Source of the DNA: Candidatus Palauibacter australiensis
GTDB lineage: Bacteria; Gemmatimonadota; Gemmatimonadetes; Palauibacterales; Palauibacteraceae
NCBI GenBank assembly: GCA_026705295.1
Contig: JAPPBA010000146.1
Span: 10,776-74,775, forward strand
Direction: 5' to 3'
Length of the DNA: 64,000 nt
Made by a program: the position numbers and the translations under genes
Part shown: one piece after another, positions 9,884 through 18,092 of the stretch
Position numbering within the stretch: the first letter of the stretch is position 1
How the letters are laid out: the number at the start of each line of letters is the position of its first letter
The notes under the pieces: generated by a model
Told to the model about the DNA's origin: nothing
The model's database searches: none
The model's input: only the letters and a program-made list of their open reading frames with translations

Positions 9884-11098
9884 ATGAAGCGCACAATCGA
9901 GACCGCCCTCTTCACCCGTCGAGATTTCGTTCGTGCCGCCAGCGTGGGACCCGCCGCAGCCTGGCTCGCCGCCTGCGACCGCGCGGGAGACGCCGGGTCG
10001 TCGGCGGACGCGGCCGCGGCGGCCGCCCCCGGAGAGGAGCGGGAGCAGCCGCCGAGGTGGGTGAAGGACCCATCGCCCTTCATCCAGCGCGTCACGAACC
10101 TGGAGACGCGGCTTGAGCTCATCGACGGGTTCATCACGCCGAACGAACTGTTCTTCGTCCGAAACCACTCACCCACTCCGACGATCGACCCTGCGGACTA
10201 CTCGCTTCGAGTAGAGGGAGACGGCGCCGAGACCGAGTTGCGGCTCGACCTGTCCACCCTCGAATCGCTGCCGCAGCACACGATCACCGCCTACCTGGAG
10301 TGCGCCGGAAACTGGCGCGGCCTGTACCCGGAACTCACAGGCACGCGCGCGAGCGGCGGCCAGTGGACGACGGGAGCCGTGGGGTGCGCGGAGTGGTCGG
10401 GTCCGTCGCTCGCCACGGTGCTCGACCTGGCCGGCGTGCGGCCGGAAACGGTTGACATAAACCTCGTCGGGCTGGACGGCTCCGGCTTCGAGCGCGCCAT
10501 GCCGCTCGCCAAGGCGCGGGACCCCGACACGATCATCGCCCTGCGCATGAACGGCGAGCCGCTCCCCGCCGATCACGGCTTTCCCGCGCGGTCCGTCGTT
10601 CCCGGCTGGTCAGGGTCCAGCAGCATCAAGTGGCTCGGGTCCGTTCAGCTCTCCACCGAGCGGGTGTGGAACCGCAACAACACGTCGTCCTACGTCCTCA
10701 TCGGCGACCAGTGGCCGGAGGCGGACTACGCGCCCGCCCAGGGCCCGGTGATCACGGAACTCGTCGTGAAGAGCGCGCTGGCCCTTCCGCGGCCCGCGCG
10801 GCTGGAGCCGGGATCCCACGTCCTGCACGGGTTCGCGCACGCCCCGGCGGGACCGGTGTCCGCCGTCGAATGGAGTCCGGACGGCGGAGCGACCTGGCTG
10901 GAGGCCGAGATCGTGGATCCGGTGCTGCCCCTGGCCTGGCAACGCTTCGAGTTCGAGTGGGACGCGACCCCCGGGGCGCACACGCTGGCCACGCGCGCCA
11001 CGGATGCGGCGGGGAATACGCAGCCGGACGAGCCCCTGATGAACGACAAGGGCTACCTGCTGAACGTCCCGCTCCCGCACGCCGTGCAGGTGGGATGA
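9884..11098 (+). CDS. sulfite-oxidase-family molybdopterin oxidoreductase, TAT-exported
   Basis: TAT signal MKRTIETALFTRRDFVRAASVG..LAAC. Mo-ligand Cys motif YLECAGNWRG. HGFPARSVVPGWSGSSSIKWL. C-terminal dimerisation-type Ig domain. Only the last 404 codons of track ORF 8177..11098 are credible. Confidence 0.8.
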   Translation: MKRTIETALFTRRDFVRAASVGPAAAWLAACDRAGDAGSSADAAAAAAPGEEREQPPRWVKDPSPFIQRVTNLETRLELIDGFITPNELFFVRNHSPTPTIDPADYSLRVEGDGAETELRLDLSTLESLPQHTITAYLECAGNWRGLYPELTGTRASGGQWTTGAVGCAEWSGPSLATVLDLAGVRPETVDINLVGLDGSGFERAMPLAKARDPDTIIALRMNGEPLPADHGFPARSVVPGWSGSSSIKWLGSVQLSTERVWNRNNTSSYVLIGDQWPEADYAPAQGPVITELVVKSALALPRPARLEPGSHVLHGFAHAPAGPVSAVEWSPDGGATWLEAEIVDPVLPLAWQRFEFEWDATPGAHTLATRATDAAGNTQPDEPLMNDKGYLLNVPLPHAVQVG

Positions 11099-11137
11099 GC
11101 CGGCGCCGGCCGAGTTCCTGACGCGCGCCGGATCGCC

Positions 11138-11518
11138 TTGCTGTACCGGGTGCTCGCGGATCTCGTCCTCGTCGTCCACTTCCTCTTCATCGCCTTCGTC
11201 GTCGCCGGCGGGTTCGCCGCGGTCCGCTGGCCGCGTCTGGCGTGGGCGCACATCCCGTGCTTCGCGTGGGGGGCGTTGATCGAGTTCGCCGGCTGGATCT
11301 GCCCGCTCACGCCGCTGGAGAACGATCTGCGGGTCGCGAGCGGCCAGGCGGGCTACTCCGGGGGGTTCATCGAGCACTACCTGTTGCCGGTGATCTACCC
11401 CGGCGCGCTGACCCGGGAGATCCAGGTCTGGCTCGGCCTGTCCGTGCTCGCGCTGAACGCGGTGGCGTACGCGTGGCTCCTGCGCCGACTACGCCGGCGC
11501 GTCCGAAGCGGTCGCTGA
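11138..11518 (+). CDS. DUF2784 family membrane protein
   Basis: TTG start. LADLVLVVHFLFIAFVVAGGF..HIPCFAWGALIEFAGWICPLTPLEN matches my memory of DUF2784. Four hydrophobic segments. Confidence 0.6.
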   Translation: MLYRVLADLVLVVHFLFIAFVVAGGFAAVRWPRLAWAHIPCFAWGALIEFAGWICPLTPLENDLRVASGQAGYSGGFIEHYLLPVIYPGALTREIQVWLGLSVLALNAVAYAWLLRRLRRRVRSGR

Positions 11519-11554
11519 GCCGCCACCGCCGAAGCGGTCGCTGAGCCGCTACCG
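11503..11554. repeat. 26-bp tandem duplication (ccgaagcggtcgctgagccgc[c/t]accg x2) spanning the DUF2784 stop codon
   Basis: Read directly. The units at 11503-11528 and 11529-11554 differ at one base. The TGA stop (11516-11518) is duplicated at 11542-11544. Confidence 0.8.
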
Positions 11555-11583
11555 CCGCTCGCGGGCCGGGGGGGAAGGGGCTG

Positions 11584-12744
11584 TCAGTCGATCACGATGT
11601 CCCGGGTGAGCTGGCCGTTGCTCTCCCAGTACGTCCGCTTGTTCACGAGCAGCGGGTCGTCCGCCGCCGGCTGTACGTTGCCGTCCGCGTCGATCGCCCT
11701 CGAGACGATCGCATGCCGCCCCGGAGAGGCGTTCCAGTCCTTGCGCCAGAACGTCCACGTGTGCGGGTCGCCCTGGCCTTCGCCCAGCGTCGCCGCCTCC
11801 CACGGCCCCTCGTCCACGCGGACCTCGACGGCGGCAATGTCGGCGCCCCACGCCGCCCCGTGGATCGCGTGCGCGTCACCGCTGCGCGTGACCTTCGCGG
11901 GGACGGAGTTGATGTTCACCCGCCCCACCGAGGTCTCCGTCCACACGGTCTCGCCGTCGCGCTCCTCCGCCCGGAGCGTCACGTAGTCGCGGGCCATGAA
12001 CTTGCCCATGAAGCGCCGGTCGCGGAGTTCGATCCGCGTCAGCCACTTCACGTTCGCGATCCCGTACCAGCCGGGGGCGATGACGCGCAGCGGGAAGCCG
12101 TGCGCGTTCGGCAGCGGCTCGCCGTTCACCTCGTACGCAAGGATGATGCCGGGGTCCATCGCGTCCTCGAGCGACAGGCTGCGCGCGAAGTTCTGCGTCA
12201 CCGTGTTGCCCCGGATCTCCTCCTCGCCCTCGTCCGCGCCGAAGAACACGACCTCGATCCCCGCCTCCTGGACGCCGGCTTCCGCGAGGACATCGGCGAG
12301 CCGGGCCCCCGCCCAGCGCGCGTTGTGCACGCCGCCGATGAACGAGGGACGGCCGCGGTTCCCGGAGCACTCCAGCGTGAACACGACCTCCTGACGGGGT
12401 CGCTCCCTGAGTTCGGCGAGATCGAAGGTGCGCGGCCGGTCGACAAGTCCCCCGATCTCGAGGCTCCAGTCGCTCTCCGCGATCACCGGCAATCCGTAGT
12501 GCCCCACGCGGAACATCTGGCTGACCGGCGTGATCCAGGAATCCAGCTCTTCCCAGTTCAGGATGTTCATCCGCTCCGTGAGCCCCGGGTGCGGGCGCTG
12601 AACCCACGGGATCACCGCCTCCTGATCGAATCCGGCGAGCCAGCCGCGGAAGATGTCCGTCGGCAGGACCGCGAGACCGGCGGCCGCCGCCCCGCCCCGG
12701 ATCAGCACCTGTCGTCGTGGAATCGCGTTTCGCTCGCTCATCAT
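11584..12744 (-). CDS. sulfite-oxidase-family molybdopterin oxidoreductase, TAT-exported (paralogue of 9884..11098)
   Basis: The internal MMSERNAIPRRQVLIRGGAAAAGLAVLP TAT signal sets the start at 12744. Motifs: TLECSGNRGRPSF, HGFPLRVIAPGWYGIANVKWL, and a C-terminal Ig-like dimerisation region. Confidence 0.8.
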   Translation of the reverse strand: MMSERNAIPRRQVLIRGGAAAAGLAVLPTDIFRGWLAGFDQEAVIPWVQRPHPGLTERMNILNWEELDSWITPVSQMFRVGHYGLPVIAESDWSLEIGGLVDRPRTFDLAELRERPRQEVVFTLECSGNRGRPSFIGGVHNARWAGARLADVLAEAGVQEAGIEVVFFGADEGEEEIRGNTVTQNFARSLSLEDAMDPGIILAYEVNGEPLPNAHGFPLRVIAPGWYGIANVKWLTRIELRDRRFMGKFMARDYVTLRAEERDGETVWTETSVGRVNINSVPAKVTRSGDAHAIHGAAWGADIAAVEVRVDEGPWEAATLGEGQGDPHTWTFWRKDWNASPGRHAIVSRAIDADGNVQPAADDPLLVNKRTYWESNGQLTRDIVID

Positions 12745-12853
12745 GTCAGACCTCGCCTCGGGTGTGCCGCGTATCTCGTCGTCTTCTCTCTCGTCCACGC
12801 AAGCTCGGGTCCGATTAGCTGTCGGAGCAAGGCATCCGCCGTGGCGGCGCCGC

Positions 12854-14323
12854 TCAGCGACCGGGTCTCCAGGCGGATTCTTCGGAAGCATCCGCCGGGC
12901 CGATCCTGCCTTCGGCCAGCGCGAGCAGTTCGTCGGGCGAATGGGGGCGTCCCCGCGCGAAGACGAACCAGACGTCGCGGGCAACCCGGACATCCTCCAG
13001 CGGGTTCCCTCTCACGATCACGAGATCCGCGAGCTTGCCTTCCTCGATGCTGCCGAGTTCGTCGTCCACGCCCATCGCTCGCGCGCCGTTGATCGTCGCG
13101 ATGCGGAACACGTCCGCGGGCGGGACCCCGGCGCGCGCGAACGCGAGGAGTTCGCGGTGAACGGCGAACGGCGACCAATAGTCTCCCCAGCTCGGGTGAT
13201 CCGTGCCGAGCGTGATCAGGTCGCGTCCGCCGCCGTCGTAGAACGCCTTCAGCGTGCGGCGCTTGATCGGCGACATCTTCGCGAACGACTCGTTCACGGG
13301 GCGGGGCGGCCGCGCCTCGACGATCTCCCGCATGTACGGCGTCAGGAAGCGGTGTTCGTCCGTCCAGTACTCCGTCATCTCCGGGTCGTGCGGTCCCCAG
13401 TACCCGTAAATGGAGAGCGTGGGGTCGAAGTACACGCCGCGGTCGACGTAGAGGTCGATGATGTCGCGGAGCGCGTCTCCCTCGAAGTCGTCGAACTCCT
13501 GCAGCGAGGCGTAGGCCGTGCGGTCGGCCGGCATCATGTCGCCGCCCAGGAAGTGCTCGACGCGGTCGATGCCCATGAGGATCGCGTCGCGGGGATTCAC
13601 CGTGTTCCCAAACCCGGAATCGAGATGGCCGGTCACCGTGAGTCCGTGCTCGTGCGCCTGTTCGATGAGCACGGCGAGGTGATCGGGCCGGATCCCCTTG
13701 GCCTTGAAGCCGGCCGCGCCAAGCGACGCCCAGTGATCCACCTCGTGACGGATCGAGTCGGGCGTCATGGCGTCGTCGTCCCAGCCCCGGCGCCACGAGC
13801 CGAAGTAGGGGCCGGAGTTGAGGAGCCGGGGACCCCTGCGCTCGCCGCGCCCGATGGCGAGCCGCAGCTCTCGCATGCGCATCGGGTTCAGCTCGCCGGC
13901 CGGGAAGGTCGTCGTCACGCCGTTGGCGAGGAAGAGTTCGGGATAGGCGGCCGTCTCATCGACGCGGCCATCGCCGAACAGGTCCACGGCGTAATGGGCG
14001 TGAAGGTCGAAGAACCCCGGGAGGATCGTCGCCTCCCGCTCGAGGTTGATCGTGATCGTGACGCCGGCGGTATCCGGCGACTCGCCGATCGAGATGATCC
14101 TTCCGTCGCGGATCGTGATTCCGTCGTTCTCGACGAGCGTCCCGGCATGCACGTCGAGCCACCGTCCGCCCTCGATCACGTAGGTCGCGTTCTCATCGAC
14201 GAGATCGACGAAGTCCAACACGAGTCCCTCGCACCCGGTAAGGGTCACGGCCGCGCCGCCCAATCCGAGGGTGAGAAGCATCCATCTGCGCCGCATCTTT
14301 CTTCTCCGAACCATCGATGGCAC
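12854..14323 (-). CDS. amidohydrolase-superfamily metal-dependent hydrolase, lipoprotein
   Basis: Lipobox LTLGLGGAAVTLTGC. N-terminal beta-sandwich (ITIRDGRIISIGE) followed by the FDLHAHY metal motif. C-terminal GSIEEGKLADLVIV. Confidence 0.8.
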   Translation of the reverse strand: MPSMVRRRKMRRRWMLLTLGLGGAAVTLTGCEGLVLDFVDLVDENATYVIEGGRWLDVHAGTLVENDGITIRDGRIISIGESPDTAGVTITINLEREATILPGFFDLHAHYAVDLFGDGRVDETAAYPELFLANGVTTTFPAGELNPMRMRELRLAIGRGERRGPRLLNSGPYFGSWRRGWDDDAMTPDSIRHEVDHWASLGAAGFKAKGIRPDHLAVLIEQAHEHGLTVTGHLDSGFGNTVNPRDAILMGIDRVEHFLGGDMMPADRTAYASLQEFDDFEGDALRDIIDLYVDRGVYFDPTLSIYGYWGPHDPEMTEYWTDEHRFLTPYMREIVEARPPRPVNESFAKMSPIKRRTLKAFYDGGGRDLITLGTDHPSWGDYWSPFAVHRELLAFARAGVPPADVFRIATINGARAMGVDDELGSIEEGKLADLVIVRGNPLEDVRVARDVWFVFARGRPHSPDELLALAEGRIGPADASEESAWRPGR

Positions 14324-14534
14324 CTCTCGCTCGGTACGTGTCGCCTTCGAGCCGCCCGAATCGCGGTCGACCGGTCAACATACGATGCGCGCGGGGTTCT
14401 CCACGACGGAGTCGATCCTGTTACTGTGAGCCGTCATCACGCGGCTGCCATCCGAACCGGATCGGAGTTCGACACTGCACGAACCGAGCGCGACGCTCGC
14501 CAATCCCCCGTCCGGCCTCACGGGACGCACGTCG

Positions 14535-15695
14535 ATGCGCCCCGCGGCGGTCGTGGCGCTCATCGTCGTCTCGCACACGACGATCGATGCGTATACCGCG
14601 TTCCTGCCGCCGCTGCTGCCGCGGATCATGGACAACCTCGGTCTCTCGATCACGCTGGCCGCGACGCTGTCGACCGTGCTCTCCATCTCGACCGCGCTCC
14701 CGCAACCGGCCTTCGGCTACCTCGCCGACCGGTTCGGGAGGCGCGCCTTCCTCGCCGCCGGGCCGATCGTGGGGGGTGTGTTCATCTCGCTGCTGGGGAT
14801 GGCGCCCAGCTACTTCGTCCTCCTCCTCCTCCTCACCGTGGGGGGACTGGGATCGGCCGCCTTTCACCCACCGGGGGCGTCGCTCGTCGCGCGCGCCGGG
14901 GACGGCCGGGGAAGCGGAGTGCGCATGTCCGTCTTCTCCTTCGGGGGGGCGGTGGGCTTCGCCCTGGGGCCGATCAGCGCCGTCGCCATCGTGGGCTGGT
15001 TGGGCCTCGCCGGTCTCTGGGTCGCGATGATTCCGGGAGTCCTGCTCGGGACCGCCCTCTGGTTCGGTGCGAAGGGTCGGACCCGGGTGGGGACGGGGAC
15101 TCCGCCGCCTCCCCCAATGGAGGTGCTCCGCAAACTCAAGGGGCCGCTCGGTCTCGTGTTCGGGATCTCCGTCGTCGGATCCTTCGCGCAGAAGGCGGTC
15201 CTCACCTTCATCCCGATCATCGCCCACCGCGCGGGCGAGAGCGAGACGGCGGGCGCCGTGGTGCTGAGCATTTATCTGGGCGCCCAGGGCCTGGGGACGC
15301 TCGCCTCCGGCTTCCTCACCGACCGGCTCAACCGGCAGCACCTCCTGGCTGCGATCAGCGTGCTCGCGGTGCCCACGCACATCCTCGCGTTCACGCTGGC
15401 GCCGGCGAGCCCCGCCGCGATCGTGATGGCCGTGTGCGCGGGCTTCCTGAACATGGCGCTGCTGCCTCCGATCGTCGTCGTGGCGCAGGAGATCCTGCCC
15501 TCGGGGACGGCCGTGAGTTCGGGCATCGTCATGGGGCTGGCGTGGGCGGTGGGGACGCTGGCGATTCCCGTCGTGGGCGGGTTCGCGGACGCGTTCGGGC
15601 CCGTCGCCGCGACGGCATGGTCGATGCCGCTTCTGCTGCTCGGCGCACTCTTCGCCATGCAGCCGTCGCTTCGTCCCTACTGTAGAGCCCAATAG
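14535..15695 (+). CDS. MFS transporter (Fsr-like)
   Basis: About 12 hydrophobic segments. GYLADRFGRRAFL loop motif between TM2 and TM3. Confidence 0.8.
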   Translation: MRPAAVVALIVVSHTTIDAYTAFLPPLLPRIMDNLGLSITLAATLSTVLSISTALPQPAFGYLADRFGRRAFLAAGPIVGGVFISLLGMAPSYFVLLLLLTVGGLGSAAFHPPGASLVARAGDGRGSGVRMSVFSFGGAVGFALGPISAVAIVGWLGLAGLWVAMIPGVLLGTALWFGAKGRTRVGTGTPPPPPMEVLRKLKGPLGLVFGISVVGSFAQKAVLTFIPIIAHRAGESETAGAVVLSIYLGAQGLGTLASGFLTDRLNRQHLLAAISVLAVPTHILAFTLAPASPAAIVMAVCAGFLNMALLPPIVVVAQEILPSGTAVSSGIVMGLAWAVGTLAIPVVGGFADAFGPVAATAWSMPLLLLGALFAMQPSLRPYCRAQ

Positions 15696-15701
15696 AGCCC
15701 A

Positions 15702-17462
15702 ATGATGGCCCGATCGAACCCACTTGGCGTCGTGTTGGCGGGCATCGTGCTTGCCGCGTGCGGACAGTCGCCGTCGGCCGACCCGGCCGACCTGATCCTC
15801 GTGGACGGACTCGTGATCACGCTCGACGCGGAGAGCCGCGTCGCCGAAGCCGTCGCGGTTCGGGGCGAACGCGTGATCGCTGTCGGGTCTACGGTGGCGG
15901 TCGAGGCGCTCGCGGGCCCGGAGACCCGCCGCATCGACCTCGCCGGGCGCGCGATGACGCCGGGGCTCATGGACGCGCACGTCCACTTCGCGAACGGCGG
16001 CGCGAACCGCCTGTACCGCCTCGACCTCAGCTATCCGAACGTGGAGAACATCGCGGACGTACAGGGCCTGGTCGCGGAGCGGGCCGGCCGGCTGTTCGAG
16101 GGCGAGTGGGTGCGCGGCGGCGGTTGGGACGAGGGGAAGCTCGAGGAGTTGCGCTACATCTACGCCTCCGACCTCGACGCCGTCGCCGCGGGGCAGCCCG
16201 TGTGGCTGGCGCACACCATGGGCCACTACGGCGTGGCCAACTCCCTCGCCCTCGACATGGCCGGCATCACGGCGGACACCCCCGATCCGCCCGGCGGCAC
16301 GATCGACCGCGATGCCGCCGGGCAGCCGACCGGCGTCCTGAAGGAATCCGCCATGGGGCTCGTGACCCGGCTCATCCCGCCGCTCGGACCCGGGGAGCAG
16401 CGCGAAGGGATCCGCGCGCTCGCCGACGCCTTCAACGCCGAGTGCATGACGGGCGGCAAGGAGCCGGGAATCGGCCGCCGCGGGTGGGAGGCCTACCGCG
16501 ATGTGCTGGCCGATGGCGACCTCACGGTCCGCATCTTCGTCCTGTGGTCCGGCCGCGACGGGACGCTGGACGAGGTCCGCGCCTACGCCGACAGCCTCGC
16601 GACCTTCACTCGGCCCTGGGAGTCGACGGGGGATGACCGGCTCATCCCCGGCGGCGTCAAGCTGTACAGCGACGGCAGCGGCGGCGCCCGCACCGCGTGG
16701 CTGTACCAGGACTGGAACCGGGACCGCACGGAGACCGACGCGGGCAACCGCGGCTATCCGACGATGGACCCCGACGAACTGCGCCGCCGCTTCCGGGCCT
16801 ATCACGACGCCGGGCTCCACGTCTCGATCCACTCCATCGGCGACCGCGCGATCGACTGGACCGTCGACGGCTTCATCGAAGCGCTCGAGGCCACCCCCAC
16901 CCGCGGACTCCGGCACGGCATCATCCACTCCAACATCCCCACGGACCGGGCCCTGGACGCGATGGCCGAACTCCAGCGGGAATGGCAGGCCGGCTACCCG
17001 GAGCCGTCCCCCACCTTCACGTGGTGGATCGGCGACACCTACGCCGGGAACTTCGGGCCGGAGCGAACCCTGCGGCTGAACCCGTTCCGCTCCTACCGGG
17101 ACCGGGGCATGATCTGGGCGAGCGGCTCCGACTTCTTCGTCACCCCCTACCCGGCGCGCTACGGCGTGTGGGCCTCCGTCGCCCGCCAGCCGCTGCTCGG
17201 CGTCTACGGGAGCGATCCTTACGGCGCCGCCGAGTCCGTCGACGTCGAGACGGCGCTGCGCTCGTTCACGACCTGGGCCGCGCACCAGATGTTCCTGGAG
17301 GAGAAAGTCGGGACGATCGAACCCGGCAAGTACGCGGATCTTGCGATCTGGGACCGCGACCCGCTCACCGTCCCGACGCCCGAACTGCGCGACATGTCGT
17401 GCGAGATGACCGTCTTCAACGGCGAAGTCGTCTTCGACCGCGCCGCCCTCCGCGCACCGTGA
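15702..17462 (+). CDS. amidohydrolase 3 (YtcJ-like) metal-dependent hydrolase, lipoprotein
   Basis: Lipobox VLAGIVLAAC. LILVDGLVITLD..AVAVRGERVIAVG..PGLMDAHVHF. C-terminal GTIEPGKYADLAIWD. Confidence 0.8.
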   Translation: MMARSNPLGVVLAGIVLAACGQSPSADPADLILVDGLVITLDAESRVAEAVAVRGERVIAVGSTVAVEALAGPETRRIDLAGRAMTPGLMDAHVHFANGGANRLYRLDLSYPNVENIADVQGLVAERAGRLFEGEWVRGGGWDEGKLEELRYIYASDLDAVAAGQPVWLAHTMGHYGVANSLALDMAGITADTPDPPGGTIDRDAAGQPTGVLKESAMGLVTRLIPPLGPGEQREGIRALADAFNAECMTGGKEPGIGRRGWEAYRDVLADGDLTVRIFVLWSGRDGTLDEVRAYADSLATFTRPWESTGDDRLIPGGVKLYSDGSGGARTAWLYQDWNRDRTETDAGNRGYPTMDPDELRRRFRAYHDAGLHVSIHSIGDRAIDWTVDGFIEALEATPTRGLRHGIIHSNIPTDRALDAMAELQREWQAGYPEPSPTFTWWIGDTYAGNFGPERTLRLNPFRSYRDRGMIWASGSDFFVTPYPARYGVWASVARQPLLGVYGSDPYGAAESVDVETALRSFTTWAAHQMFLEEKVGTIEPGKYADLAIWDRDPLTVPTPELRDMSCEMTVFNGEVVFDRAALRAP

Positions 17463-17512
17463 CGCGCGCTCCAGGCGGTGCGGCGGCGGTCCCGCCGTGG
17501 AAAGGACAACGA

Positions 17513-18046
17513 ATGCGACCTCGACCACTCGCGATGGAAAGCCCCATCCCGGAGGGTTGGCGGCCGGACCTTCACGCGACGCTCCTCTTCATCGTGCGGG
17601 GAGGTGAAATCCTCCTCATCCACAAGAAGCGCGGACTCGGCGCCGGCAAGCTGAACGGGGCCGGAGGCAAGGTCGACCCCGGCGAGAGCACGCTGGAGGC
17701 GGCGATGCGGGAGTTTCAGGAGGAACTGCGCGCGCGGCCCGTGGCGCCCCGGAAGGTCGGCGAGGTGGCGTTCGAGGTGCTCAGCGGCATGTCGATCCTG
17801 ATCCACGTGTTCCGGGCGGACGCCCTCGAAGGAGAGCCGGTCGAGACCAGCGAAGCGATCCCCATGTGGACGTCCGTCGACGATATCCCGTACGACCGGA
17901 TGTGGGAGGACGACCGCCACTGGCTGCCCTACGTCATCGAGGACCGCCCCTTCGAGGCCTACGCGCGTTTCCAGGGCGACGACATGGTGCACTGCCGCGT
18001 AGTCCTCTTCTCCGACCCCGAGCGCCTACCCTGGGAGTCCCGCTGA
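17513..18046 (+). CDS. NUDIX hydrolase, MTH1/NUDT1-type 8-oxo-dGTP diphosphatase
   Basis: Nudix box GGKVDPGESTLEAAMREFQEELRA. Collinear with human MTH1 as I remember it (KKRGFGAGRWNGFGGKV.., IPFKDMWPDDSYWFPLLL..FHGYFKFQGQD) versus KKRGLGAGKLNGAGGKV.., IPYDRMWEDDRHWLPYVI..FEAYARFQGDD. Only the tail of track ORF 16697..18046 is real. Confidence 0.8.
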   Translation: MRPRPLAMESPIPEGWRPDLHATLLFIVRGGEILLIHKKRGLGAGKLNGAGGKVDPGESTLEAAMREFQEELRARPVAPRKVGEVAFEVLSGMSILIHVFRADALEGEPVETSEAIPMWTSVDDIPYDRMWEDDRHWLPYVIEDRPFEAYARFQGDDMVHCRVVLFSDPERLPWESR

Positions 18047-18092
18047 AGCACGCGCTGTGACCCCGCGCCGGGATACCGAGTCTTCACAGGAG

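Noticed and set aside
8177-11098. Apparent 973-aa fusion ORF, and likewise 21609..24323 (904 aa), 31651..34179 (842 aa), 31663..34284 (873 aa), 16697..18046 (449 aa) and 60239..61312 (357 aa).
   Set aside because: Only the 3' portions encode recognisable proteins, beginning at internal starts with a signal peptide or RBS. The 5' portions overlap neighbouring genes in other frames or on the other strand.
14811-14835. ctc-rich simple repeat (ctcctcctcctcctc).
   Set aside because: It encodes an in-frame Leu run (LLLLL) within a transmembrane helix of the MFS transporter. It is not a regulatory or mobile repeat.
14421-17528. Very long track ORFs: 14421..17528(-) 1035 aa, 38362..41364(-) 1000 aa, 4929..7475(+) 848 aa, 1533..3863(+) 776 aa, 53505..55718(-) 737 aa, 25911..27962(-) 683 aa, 46951..48834(-) 627 aa, 12653..15685(+) 1010 aa.
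   Set aside because: All lie antisense to, or out of frame with, genes that have clear family motifs. Their translations are Arg/Gly/Pro/Asp/His-rich low-complexity strings with no motifs. This is the usual stop-codon-poor shadow frame of high-GC DNA.
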